In this document: positions 35,400 to 44,687 of the stretch, piece after piece | Layout: each line of letters begins with the position of its first letter | Numbering within the stretch: position 1 is the stretch's first letter | Assembly: GCA_016795425.1 (NCBI GenBank) | Contig: JAEUHG010000174.1 | Span: 68,131-132,130 of the forward strand | DNA length: 64,000 nt | Direction: 5' to 3' | Source: Verrucomicrobiales bacterium | Lineage (GTDB): Bacteria > Verrucomicrobiota > Verrucomicrobiia > Limisphaerales > CAIMTB01 | Translations under genes and position numbers: made by a program | The notes under the pieces: generated by a model | Database searches by the model: none | The model's input: only the letters and a program-made list of their open reading frames with translations | Told to the model about the DNA's origin: nothing

Positions 35400-38276
35400 T
35401 TAGTTCTGCTTCTTTTGCGCGCGCCGTTTGGCGGCGAGAAGGCGAGACGCGGACGATTCCTCGGTGGCCGCAGGCGCCCCCGATTTCTCGTCGGGCGTGC
35501 GGACCGAAGGACTGGGCGTCGCGGGTTGGGACTCGGTGCGGGTATCGCGCGGTGGCGAATCAGGCTCGAAGAGCTCCTCGGCCGGTCGCAGGGTCACCTT
35601 CGGCGCCGCCTCCGAACGGACCTGCTCCTTTCTCGCCAACAAAGTAGACAGACCTCCCGTGGAAGGGGCGGCCGCCGGGCGGCGACGCAAACCCAACCGG
35701 GCACGAATCCAGGCCATGGCTCGGACGAACTCCTCGCGATCGAGTTGCACACGGCGAATGCCGACATCGAGCGGAAAGAGAACCACCGCGGCCGCGAGCA
35801 GCCACCACCAGAGGTCGAAGGGCTGCCGGGTGGTGACACGGTCGTGCAAGAACGGATTCTCGAGAGGATTCGCCGGATCGATGACCTTGCCGCCGCCGGC
35901 TTCCGCCAGGCGTTGCAGCAGCGGAAGATTGGGTGACGACGTGCTGAACTCTGGGGAGTAATTGACGTTGGCACCCAAAGTCTGCTGCCCGATGACCTGG
36001 CCTTCCTTGATCTCCAGGAGATTCACCATGTAGGCACCCACTTCCTTGGCCGGGAACCCGGCTTCGTAACGGCCGGGGCCCTTTTGCTCGAGGCGCACCG
36101 TCTGCATCTGGCCCTTGGGATCCGCGACGATTGCCTGGAGGTTGAGGAAGTTTCGAAAATTCCCCTCCGCATCCAGAGCCTCGACCTGGAGGGTGCCGGA
36201 GTTTCCTTCGATTTGGATCTCGGCGTTAAACTCGCTGGCGTCCAGCTTCCGTAGCGCCCACTGGGCCGCCTGGGACCAGAACTGCCGGTACCGCGCCCAC
36301 CCCACCCAGTCGGCCGCCCATTTGGCGCGGGCATCGGAAGTGAACGCCACCGCCCGCCCGAGACCGTACTGCCAATGCGCCAGAATCGGGTCCCCTTTGT
36401 CGGACACCAGCGGGATCTCTGCGCGCGGTTTGGGCGACGTTGCGACGTATCCACGCAGGACCGGGTATTCACCGCCGCCGATGCCGCGAAGAATCTCGCT
36501 GCTGCCGGCGACCTTGGGTTGGTGGGGATCCTCGACGATGGCGGATTTCAAGATGACCGCCGCTTCCTTGACAAAGATCTGGGGCAACTGGGCGGGAGAC
36601 CGGACGTCATAGAATCGTCCGCGACCTCGTTCCGCCATTTCGATCATGGTGCTGGGCTCGACGTGGCCGCCGATCATCACGGTACTGACCGTGATGCGGT
36701 CACCGATAATGCCGCGCAACTGAGTCTCGGTGGGCGCGGTGGGATCGCCGTCGCTGAACACCACCATGTGCTTGAGATTCGCGGTGGATTTCTTGAGACC
36801 CTCGTGGGCCATCGACATCACGTTCTGGAATGAGGGCATGTCCCCCGGGTTCATTCCCATGATGGTGCGCCCTTTCTCGCGTCGGTCGCCGACCGGTGAC
36901 AGCGGAAAGAGCCAACGATCGGTACCATCCCACAGCACGATGCCCATTTCGTCCTGCGGACCGAGGGCCTGCAGGGCGGCGAAGGCGATGTCGCGGGCCC
37001 ATTGGTTGCCATTGGGAAACTCGGTCGCGTGAACCACCAGCACCAAGGCGCCTTTCGGCAGGACCTTTTTGCTGCTGAGTTCCATGTCCACCGGCAGGGT
37101 CTCCTCGAGCGGCGTGCCTCGGTACCCGCCGGCGGCGAATGCCTGATCTCCCCCCAACACCACCAAGCCCACGCCAAAATCGCGCACCGCACTCTGCAAC
37201 AACCGCATCAGGTCCGTGCTCAGATCCCCGGCGGCTATGTTGTTCAAAAAGATGGCGTCGTAACTCTGCATCTCCGGCAGCGTCGAGGGAAACCCGGCGA
37301 TGTCGACGACCCGGGCATCCAGTTTCGATGCGACCAGCGCCTCCGCCAGCGGGCGGTCTGCGGAGGGATCCGACGACACCACGAGGATGCGGGGATCACC
37401 CCGCACATCGGTGTAACTGGTCGCTCGATTGTTCTGCGGAACCGAATCTCCCTGGGCATCGATGCGAACGTCGTACGTGTGGAATCCCGTCTGTTCGAGC
37501 GTTTGGGGAAACGTGAACAGGTTCTTGCCCGGCTGAAGCTCCACCTGCTGGGTGCCCAAGAGCTGGTCATTGCGGTAGAGGGAGACATTGGCCCGGCGCG
37601 CGGTATCGCTCTCCGCAAAAATCTTCACTTCAAAGGTCTGACCTTTCTTCAGCTTGGGCGGGATTCCCACCTTCTGAACCGACACTCCATTCCCTCGCTC
37701 GGAACCGAGGGGAACCACATCGACGGTGACCCCCAGGGGTCTCGCCGCCAGGACGGCCTGAACGCCATCGCCGAGAGTCTGGTTGCCGTCCGAGAACAGT
37801 ACCACGCGGCGTTGCCCGGTTTCAGGAAAGGCGGCCGTGGCCAAACGCAGCGCACCGGCAAGATCCGAACCGCCGGTGCCCACCACAGCCTGGACCCGCG
37901 GCAAGTCGACCACCGGATTCGCCGCCGACTCGATCGCCGCATCGGCGCCAAAAACCACCACGCCACCGCGGTCGACGCTCTTTTTGCGAGCCGCCAAACG
38001 GTTGACCATTTCCCGCGAGGCCTCCTGCTGTTCACCGGGAATGCTGTCGGATCGATCCAGCACGAAGAAAACGTTCAATCCTTCCACCGGGAAACGAATG
38101 CGAAAGCCGGCCAGCGCCAGACCCAGGGCGAGCGTCACGAGGCAGCGTGTCGCCAGGGATGCCCAGCGTCGCCAGCCCACCAGCGAACTGTCCGACCTGA
38201 GGGCCAGATGCACGACGCCCCACAGCGCCGCGGCAGCGGCCAGCAACCACCAGGGATGGGTGAATTGGAACGGCAT
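35400..38276 (-). CDS. BatA-N/VWA multi-domain membrane protein (two VWA-like domains plus a GATase1-like domain)
   Basis: BatA-type N-terminus MPFQFTHPWWLLAAAAALW. VWA-like segment FFVLDRSDSIPG..VVLFSDGNQT. A ThuA/GATase1-like segment RILVVSS..YDAIFLNNI..GLVVLGG. A second VWA-like segment LVLVVHATE..MVVFSDGDPT. A C-terminal TM and a Pro/Ser-rich tail. Confidence 0.85.
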   Translation of the reverse strand: MPFQFTHPWWLLAAAAALWGVVHLALRSDSSLVGWRRWASLATRCLVTLALGLALAGFRIRFPVEGLNVFFVLDRSDSIPGEQQEASREMVNRLAARKKSVDRGGVVVFGADAAIESAANPVVDLPRVQAVVGTGGSDLAGALRLATAAFPETGQRRVVLFSDGNQTLGDGVQAVLAARPLGVTVDVVPLGSERGNGVSVQKVGIPPKLKKGQTFEVKIFAESDTARRANVSLYRNDQLLGTQQVELQPGKNLFTFPQTLEQTGFHTYDVRIDAQGDSVPQNNRATSYTDVRGDPRILVVSSDPSADRPLAEALVASKLDARVVDIAGFPSTLPEMQSYDAIFLNNIAAGDLSTDLMRLLQSAVRDFGVGLVVLGGDQAFAAGGYRGTPLEETLPVDMELSSKKVLPKGALVLVVHATEFPNGNQWARDIAFAALQALGPQDEMGIVLWDGTDRWLFPLSPVGDRREKGRTIMGMNPGDMPSFQNVMSMAHEGLKKSTANLKHMVVFSDGDPTAPTETQLRGIIGDRITVSTVMIGGHVEPSTMIEMAERGRGRFYDVRSPAQLPQIFVKEAAVILKSAIVEDPHQPKVAGSSEILRGIGGGEYPVLRGYVATSPKPRAEIPLVSDKGDPILAHWQYGLGRAVAFTSDARAKWAADWVGWARYRQFWSQAAQWALRKLDASEFNAEIQIEGNSGTLQVEALDAEGNFRNFLNLQAIVADPKGQMQTVRLEQKGPGRYEAGFPAKEVGAYMVNLLEIKEGQVIGQQTLGANVNYSPEFSTSSPNLPLLQRLAEAGGGKVIDPANPLENPFLHDRVTTRQPFDLWWWLLAAAVVLFPLDVGIRRVQLDREEFVRAMAWIRARLGLRRRPAAAPSTGGLSTLLARKEQVRSEAAPKVTLRPAEELFEPDSPPRDTRTESQPATPSPSVRTPDEKSGAPAATEESSASRLLAAKRRAQKKQN

Positions 38277-38279
38277 CGG

Positions 38280-40691
38280 TTAGCGTCGCTTTCCCGGCCC
38301 AGCGGCCACCCATTGCGGCTGACTCTTCCCCTCGGCGTGCGCTCCGCGGCGCCGGATAAACTTCAGAACCCGATGATTGAGGGAGTCGGCCACGTACAGA
38401 TTCTCCTGTGAATCCAGGCAGAGTCCCCAAGGATTGTTCATGCGATCGGGCGCGTCCCCCGGCCCGCCGAGGATTTCGAGACACTGGTCATTCGCATCGA
38501 GCACTTGAACCCTGCTGTTCCCAAACTCGCAGACGAATTGTCGACCCGCGTTGTCCACGCGCACATCGTACGGATAGCTGAATTCACCTCGTCCCTGCCC
38601 CGCCCCTCCGTGTGACCGCACCCATCGACCGTCCGCTTCGAAGACCTCGATGCGGTGATTGCAGGAGTTGGCGACATAAACGCGGTCCTGGGAGTCGACC
38701 CCCAGGCCTTCGGCGCGATTGAGTTGTCCGCGCCCGGTGCCCGCCGCACCGAAGGTACCGAGCCAAGCGCCGTCAGTCGCCCGGAAGCGCTGGATTCTTT
38801 CCACCACACCGTACTCGCTGACGAAACAGTCGCCCGCGCGAGTCACGGCCACCGCTCGGGGAAACCATAACTCACCGGCATTCGTGCCATGGCGCCCCCA
38901 TTGTGCGAGCAGGCGGCCCTCCGGCGAGAAATGGTTCACCCGATGGTAATGCGGTTCCACCACGAGCAAAGCGCCGTCGGGCGCGGTGCACATACCCTTC
39001 GCCTTCCCTTTGTCGGTCTCCGGCATCTGCCACAGCAGTAGCCAGCGGCCTTCGGGACTGAATTTTTGCACCCGGCCGGTCATATCGACGACATAGAGGT
39101 TGTCGCTCCCATCAACGGCCACCGATCGCGGTTTGCCGAAGAACCCGGGTCCCGTGCCCTTGCCTCCAATGACCTCGACGCGTTCGAAGAGAGCGGAATC
39201 CAGCTGGCGACTTCGCGCGTCGGGTTCCGGATGACACCCTGAGGCCATCAGGCCCAGCCAGGCCATGCTCGCGACCCGTGCGCCTCGACGCCACGATTCC
39301 GCGGACCGCACGTGCCATAGTCGGACACCGGCCAGGGCCAGAAATGGGAGGATGGCCGCACCGCCCAGCAGGAGACACAGGGCGCCCACCTGAGCATTGT
39401 GGCCGTAGTGCAGGAGATTGAAGATCGTCAATGACAAGGTGTCCCCTCCCGGCGGCACCACCAGGATCAGGGTTTCAACGTCCCACAAGCTCAACAGATA
39501 GATGATCAGCCAAGCCGTTGCCAGGGACCGACCCGACCTCGGCCAGACGGCGTGGAGCCATGTGCGCCAGTGCCCGACGCCATCCAACTTCAATCCTTCC
39601 AATAGCCGTGGATCAGCCGAAGCCCACAGCCGTTCCCCGGCCAACCATCCGACAAAAACATAACGGAGGCTCAGGGCCACGAAGACGGGGATAGCCGTCC
39701 CTTGCCAAAGGCGGAGCCCCGGAAGCGTGGTCGCTTGGGCCAGCACCACACCGACGACGACTCCTGGCAAGGCAAAGGGGATGATGGCAGCCAGCCCCCA
39801 CCGACTCCTCGAAAAAAGCAGTCCCAGGAGACAGGCAAGAGTCGCAGCGCCCCCGGCATACCCGATCGAGCGGAGGGCGGTCGGCAAGGAAGCGCTCGAA
39901 GCAGGGACAAACTCCTGCCATGTCCGCGGGTTAAACAGCGTTGCGCTCAAAGGCAGGACCAAGGCCATGGCAAGCACGAGTCCCGTGAAGCCCCACAGCG
40001 CCCATACGGAGAGACGACCCAGCCGAAGACGGGCCATCGCCGAACTCGTTGGGCGCGTTCGATCCGTCCATGGCGGGGATCCCCGCAGACCCAGGGCGAT
40101 CAGGCCCACCATCACCAGGACGGGTATCCCGCTCTTCCCAACGGCTGCCCACCCATCGAATCGGGTCGCGTATTCGATCCACACCACGGCTGGCCAGACA
40201 CGCGCCTGGAACAGGGCCGGAACGGTGAAATTCGCGAAAGCCAGGACCATGATGATCGCCGCGGCCGGCACCCAAACCGTTCTGGCCACCGGCAGCAAGG
40301 CATGCCGCACATAAGCCCAGCCACGCATTTCCGGCATCGCCTCCAAAAGCCGCGCATCCAGTCGGTCCCACGCCCCGGCCAGCCAAAGGGCGGCCACCGG
40401 CCACAGCAGGAATCCCAGAACCAGGCAGGAATAAATCAGTGGCAGAGCCCGCTCCGCCCAGACCCCCGAGCCTTCCTTCCAGGCCCCCGCAAATCCGACC
40501 CATTCCATCCAGGCCCCCGCCACGAGAAAGGCCGGAAGTGCCAACGTCGCGACGCTGCCGACACCCAACGCGGTCCGGGCTTTTCCGGCGGACACATGCA
40601 GCAGAAGCGCCACCGGACATCCCAGAAGGAACGCGAACCCAGTCGCGCCCAAAGCGACGATCGCGCTCTGCATGAAGAGATGGGTGGCCAC
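38280..40691 (-). CDS. Fusion: double-domain ABC transporter permease (iron(III)/thiamine-type) + C-terminal NHL-repeat beta-propeller
   Basis: Residues 1-460 contain two permease halves with EAA-like loops (RLLEAMPEMRGWAYVRHALLPVA; PRLLEGLKLDGVGHWRTWLHAVWP). The linker RRGARVASMAWLGLMASGC resembles a lipoprotein signal. Residues 505-795 carry repeated NHL-like units (NLYVVDMTGRVQKF, VYVANSCNHRIEVF, FVCEFGNSRVQVL, LYVADSLNHRVLKF). Confidence 0.8.
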   Translation of the reverse strand: MATHLFMQSAIVALGATGFAFLLGCPVALLLHVSAGKARTALGVGSVATLALPAFLVAGAWMEWVGFAGAWKEGSGVWAERALPLIYSCLVLGFLLWPVAALWLAGAWDRLDARLLEAMPEMRGWAYVRHALLPVARTVWVPAAAIIMVLAFANFTVPALFQARVWPAVVWIEYATRFDGWAAVGKSGIPVLVMVGLIALGLRGSPPWTDRTRPTSSAMARLRLGRLSVWALWGFTGLVLAMALVLPLSATLFNPRTWQEFVPASSASLPTALRSIGYAGGAATLACLLGLLFSRSRWGLAAIIPFALPGVVVGVVLAQATTLPGLRLWQGTAIPVFVALSLRYVFVGWLAGERLWASADPRLLEGLKLDGVGHWRTWLHAVWPRSGRSLATAWLIIYLLSLWDVETLILVVPPGGDTLSLTIFNLLHYGHNAQVGALCLLLGGAAILPFLALAGVRLWHVRSAESWRRGARVASMAWLGLMASGCHPEPDARSRQLDSALFERVEVIGGKGTGPGFFGKPRSVAVDGSDNLYVVDMTGRVQKFSPEGRWLLLWQMPETDKGKAKGMCTAPDGALLVVEPHYHRVNHFSPEGRLLAQWGRHGTNAGELWFPRAVAVTRAGDCFVSEYGVVERIQRFRATDGAWLGTFGAAGTGRGQLNRAEGLGVDSQDRVYVANSCNHRIEVFEADGRWVRSHGGAGQGRGEFSYPYDVRVDNAGRQFVCEFGNSRVQVLDANDQCLEILGGPGDAPDRMNNPWGLCLDSQENLYVADSLNHRVLKFIRRRGAHAEGKSQPQWVAAGPGKRR

Positions 40692-40697
40692 GGGAAG

Positions 40698-41609
40698 TTA
40701 GCGCAGGAAGTTCTTCTCGAGCCAGGCCGCTGCCAGGTGAAACTCGCGGATCAGCTGTTCCCAATCTTCGACGGAATCCTGAGGGCCGACCGGTGCCGAC
40801 TCCTGGGGATCCAGCGCTCCGTCGTCGCGCAGGCGACGTTGCACCTCGGGACGGCTCATGAACTCGATGAATCGAAGCGCCGCCGCGCGGTGACGACCGT
40901 TGGCGACGATGGCCACGGAATTCGGGATCGTGAGGCCATCCCCGGGCGGTAATGGAATCGCCGCCAAGGGCGCGCCTTCCCGGCAGGCGAACCTTACATC
41001 GTCGGAATCCGTCAGCCCTACGAAACCCTCCTTTCTCCCCATCCACCGCACGACCGCGGAGTTTCCATCCACCAGGATGGGCCGGTTCGCGAGCAAACCA
41101 CCGAGCCATTGGGTCCAGGCGTTCTCCCCCCAGCGCAAGCGAAGGGCGGCGAAGTGGTTGAGAGTGGATCCCGCCAAGGGATACGCGACGATGAATTGTC
41201 CGTCGAAGGCCCGGTTGGTCAACACGGCAAGGGATGTCAGGGACTGCCAGCGAGGCATTTCATTGGTGTGGCACACGAGCACCCTCTGTCTTGCCCCGAA
41301 CACCTTCAGGTCCGGTTCCAACACCTGTTCGAGGATCAACCGGCGCGTCTGGAGTTCCTCGTTGCTCCACCAGACGTCGGCCAAGGGCCGGCCCTTCTCC
41401 GCGCGAAGCCGGTTCACCAAACCGACCGTCTTGGTGGCTTCATTGTCATACAGGACACGGACGCGGATACCCGTCTGGCGGGTGAATTCCGCCAGGATGG
41501 GGTCCACGAAGACCCGATCCTGCGCGGCGTAGAGCACCAACGCCTCGGTGTCCCTGGAACAACCCGCGCCCCAAGTGCACAGGAGCCCAAGGACGACCGC
41601 GCCCAGCAT
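40698..41609 (-). CDS. ABC transporter periplasmic substrate-binding lipoprotein (iron/thiamine-type family)
   Basis: Lipoprotein signal MLGAVVLGLLCTWGAGCS at the ATG at 41607-41609, then LVLYAAQDRVFVDPILAEFTRQTGIRVRV..VWWSNE. An alternative ATG at 41769-41771 forms an ATGA overlap with the upstream stop. It would add 54 Arg-rich residues ahead of the signal peptide. Confidence 0.75.
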   Translation of the reverse strand: MLGAVVLGLLCTWGAGCSRDTEALVLYAAQDRVFVDPILAEFTRQTGIRVRVLYDNEATKTVGLVNRLRAEKGRPLADVWWSNEELQTRRLILEQVLEPDLKVFGARQRVLVCHTNEMPRWQSLTSLAVLTNRAFDGQFIVAYPLAGSTLNHFAALRLRWGENAWTQWLGGLLANRPILVDGNSAVVRWMGRKEGFVGLTDSDDVRFACREGAPLAAIPLPPGDGLTIPNSVAIVANGRHRAAALRFIEFMSRPEVQRRLRDDGALDPQESAPVGPQDSVEDWEQLIREFHLAAAWLEKNFLR

Positions 41610-41767
41610 CCACCGGCGACCGGTAACGGAAAGATGTTGGAGGAGACGTGCGCACCTCCTTCCGTTTTCGCACCGATTGGAGACGGCCGGCGATAGCCGG
41701 GATAAATGGGGGGCGCGCGCTCCCCTGGGAGGGGTCGCCCAACCCGATGAGACATGCAGGCGACGCT

Positions 41768-43603
41768 TCATGCGGTTCGCCGATGGAAATACCACCACTC
41801 CACCATGAGGATCGCCAGGGCGGCTCCCGCCAACCACCGCCAGATCTCCAGATTCACCTGCTTCACCGAGGTCGCCGCGGTTCCTCCGAACCGGCCCACG
41901 GGAATTTCCGCGCGGGGAGTGGAATCACTTTCCGCCAGATCGAGGGCGCGCACGGCGAAGGTCACCTGATTGGTCCCCCAGCGCAGCTCATAGGCGCCCT
42001 GCCGGTCGGTCGCTCCGTACACCGCTTCGCGCGCTCCGGCATCCAGGGTGACGCGTTCCCAGTCGCCGCCAGGGGGTTTCACTTCGACGGTCGAGGCCGC
42101 CTCCGGCAGTTCGTAGCGCAGCGGGTCTCCTGCCCGAATGTTGAGCCTCTCGGCCCGCACCAGCGTCGGATTCAGCCAATCCACAGCGTTGGCAATAAAG
42201 ATCGGAAACGAGACCCGCAACGGCCAGGTGCCACCGAGAAGGTCAAAACCAATCCACACCACCCGGTGACGCCCGATCTCGCCGGCCACGAGAAGGGGGC
42301 CCTGCGGTGCCTCGATCAGAACATTTCCCCAGGGCGGTGGTTTCACCCCCACCGCCTCGGCAATCGCCACATTGTCCAGACTGACAAATCGCAGGAGCGG
42401 ATGCGTGGATCGCCAATCGACAATGGCCGGGGCGCGCAGCGTGCCGGTGCGCTCGAACCAATTCGTTTCGGCGACGCGGACGGCGATCACGTTGGCGGAC
42501 GGCCATGCCGTCGGAACCACATCATCCAGGACCACCACGTCCCACTTCCCGTCGACCTGGGTGTTGTCGGAACCGACCGTGACTTCGCAATGGCCCGCCA
42601 GTCGCAAGGCGCGTTCCAGGAATCGATTGCCGCGCGTCACGAGCAGCACTTTGACGGGTGGCGGCAGCAGGCTCATGACGGTGGCCTGATTGTCGGCGGA
42701 CAGGTCGTCCGGTGCCGTATGGCGTGCGCGAAAGATCCCATCCCGATTCTGGCTCACCACGAACACCAGGGACGCGGATTCCCCCGGTGGAATCGTCACC
42801 GGACGGGTATCGACCATGTCGCGGTCGAACTCGAGTTCCACCGTGGTTTCGACCGCGGCAGGCGAAAGATTGGCCACGCCGACAAACACGGCGCGCTGTT
42901 GAGGGTTTTCGGGATTGGGTCGGACCTCCAGCGACGTCAGGGCGACATTGTTCCGGCGCTGACCGACCCGGTGGTAGATGAGGGGGAGATTGTGATTCTC
43001 GAACTCCGCCAGACTCCCCACGGAACCGTCGCTGAACAGATGGATCTCCGCATCGGCGACGTCCCGAATAAGACTCTCCGCCATACGGAGCGCCTCTCCC
43101 ATGCGGGCCGCACCGTCCGTGACCTGACATCCGGCCAAGGCCTCGCGCAGCAGGGGTTTGTCGGAGGTGGCGGACTGCCGCACGTCGGTGCGGGGTCCGG
43201 CCTGGAGAAGCACCATCATCTGGCCGGGACGAAGGCCATCGATCCACCGACGCGCTTCATGTTTCGCGGCCTCGAATCGGCTGGGCTCTTCGTCCGTGCT
43301 TTGCATCGACGCCGAGGCATCGAGAATCAGCACCCGGAGGCTGCTGGGTGCCGATTGACTTCCGAGATAGGGTCGCATCAAGGCGAACACGGCGAAGATC
43401 AGGAGCAGGATCTGCAGCAGGAGGAGCCAGTTCTTGCGCAGTTTCTGGAAGGGGGCACTGGCCTGGGTCTCGGCCAGATAGCGTTGCCAAAGGACCGTGC
43501 TGGGTACCCGCAGCACCACGCGCCGCCGCTTGAGCAGGTAAAACAAAACGATCACCGGGATGGTGAGCGCGAACCATGCAGCCAATGGGGCAAGGAGATT
43601 CAT
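41768..43603 (-). CDS. BatA-N/VWA domain membrane protein
   Basis: BatA-type N-terminus MNLLAPLAAWFALTIPVIVLFYLLKRRR. VWA-like LRVLILDASASMQSTD..IHLFSDGS. C-terminal TM IWRWLAGAALAILMVEWWYF. Confidence 0.85.
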   Translation of the reverse strand: MNLLAPLAAWFALTIPVIVLFYLLKRRRVVLRVPSTVLWQRYLAETQASAPFQKLRKNWLLLLQILLLIFAVFALMRPYLGSQSAPSSLRVLILDASASMQSTDEEPSRFEAAKHEARRWIDGLRPGQMMVLLQAGPRTDVRQSATSDKPLLREALAGCQVTDGAARMGEALRMAESLIRDVADAEIHLFSDGSVGSLAEFENHNLPLIYHRVGQRRNNVALTSLEVRPNPENPQQRAVFVGVANLSPAAVETTVELEFDRDMVDTRPVTIPPGESASLVFVVSQNRDGIFRARHTAPDDLSADNQATVMSLLPPPVKVLLVTRGNRFLERALRLAGHCEVTVGSDNTQVDGKWDVVVLDDVVPTAWPSANVIAVRVAETNWFERTGTLRAPAIVDWRSTHPLLRFVSLDNVAIAEAVGVKPPPWGNVLIEAPQGPLLVAGEIGRHRVVWIGFDLLGGTWPLRVSFPIFIANAVDWLNPTLVRAERLNIRAGDPLRYELPEAASTVEVKPPGGDWERVTLDAGAREAVYGATDRQGAYELRWGTNQVTFAVRALDLAESDSTPRAEIPVGRFGGTAATSVKQVNLEIWRWLAGAALAILMVEWWYFHRRTA

Positions 43604-43616
43604 CCGACGATGCCGA

Positions 43617-44543
43617 TCAACCGAGCACGCCCTCCATACGCAGTTCCTTCAGCAATAGCCCCTCCAGCGAAGCATCCGACGTGGTCCGGTAAAAACCGAT
43701 GCCGCGGCCGCGGCAGTATTCCCGCAGCTTTTGGGTATAGAGATCCACGATCCGTCGGTAGGCCTTGAGTCGGAACTTCCCGAAGGTGACGTCCTCCTCC
43801 GCTCCGTTCTCCGAGTCGACCAGACGCAGGTCCCCGAAGGTCGCCGGATTCAATTCTTCCGGCGCCAGCACCTGGATCACATGCACGTGAAAGCCCCGAC
43901 CAATCAGAGCCTCCAAACCGTCCTCGTAGCCAGCCGGATCCAGCAGATCGCTCAGCACCATGGCCAGTCCGGGTTGACGCACCTGGAGCGCGGCGCGACG
44001 GAGGGCCTCGTTGAAGACAGCGGTCCCGCCCGGGCTCACCTGCGTCATCCGTTCAAGGAAGGTGGGTGCCATCCGCTTTCCGCGGATGCCTCGAAGGCCC
44101 CCGCGCACCGCGGCTTCCCCGACCACCGGGCCCGCCGGCGATCCTGGCGATTCGGGATCCGGAAACACTCGCACGCTCACGCGGTCGAACCCGCAGAGTG
44201 CCACATAGCCAATGGCGGCTGCCACCTGCCGCGCCAACTCGAACTTGGTCGGCGTGCCGAAGCGCATCGATTCACTGGCATCCAGGAAGATCTGCACCGG
44301 CAGCTCGCGTTCCTCCTCGTAGAGTTTCACGAACAACCGCTCCAGCCGCCCATACAGATTCCAGTCCAAATAACGTAGATCGTCCCCCGCCACGTAGTTT
44401 CGGTGGTCGGCAAACTCCACCGACTGTCCTCGCGCCCTGCTGCGACGCTCGCCTTTGCCAGCACTTCTTGAACGGCGTTGTGCGGACAACTCGAGCTGCT
44501 CGAGTTGTCGCAAGAGTCGGGCGCTCAACAGGGGCGGATTCAC
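43617..44543 (-). CDS. DUF58 domain protein (MoxR/Bat-system associated)
   Basis: Characteristic DUF58 motif GQSVEFADHRNYVAGDDLRYLDWNLYGRL..LPVQIFLDASESMRFG. Confidence 0.88.
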   Translation of the reverse strand: MNPPLLSARLLRQLEQLELSAQRRSRSAGKGERRSRARGQSVEFADHRNYVAGDDLRYLDWNLYGRLERLFVKLYEEERELPVQIFLDASESMRFGTPTKFELARQVAAAIGYVALCGFDRVSVRVFPDPESPGSPAGPVVGEAAVRGGLRGIRGKRMAPTFLERMTQVSPGGTAVFNEALRRAALQVRQPGLAMVLSDLLDPAGYEDGLEALIGRGFHVHVIQVLAPEELNPATFGDLRLVDSENGAEEDVTFGKFRLKAYRRIVDLYTQKLREYCRGRGIGFYRTTSDASLEGLLLKELRMEGVLG

Positions 44544-44687
44544 AGGGACGCTCGGACGCCACGATTAAAGACCACTGGCGCACGGGCGGAAGCACCAAGT
44601 TCCGTGCCGTAATGAGCAATCCATGGTCAGATTGCCACTGAGCGTTTGCACCCCCGCAAGTGTCCAATCGATGAACCCACTATCATC

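Noticed and set aside
41610-41771. An alternative start for the substrate-binding protein at the ATGA stop/start overlap (41768-41771)
   Set aside because: It would place 54 Arg-rich residues before an otherwise perfect lipoprotein signal peptide. I kept it as a stated alternative and did not adopt it. It cannot be excluded without experimental data.
37002-43768. Plus-strand and alternate-frame ORFs 37002..38411, 39702..40952, 39931..41109 (minus strand), 40900..41532 and 41648..43768
   Set aside because: They are antisense or out of frame relative to the well-supported VWA/BatA, permease-NHL and substrate-binding protein genes. The composition is low-complexity.
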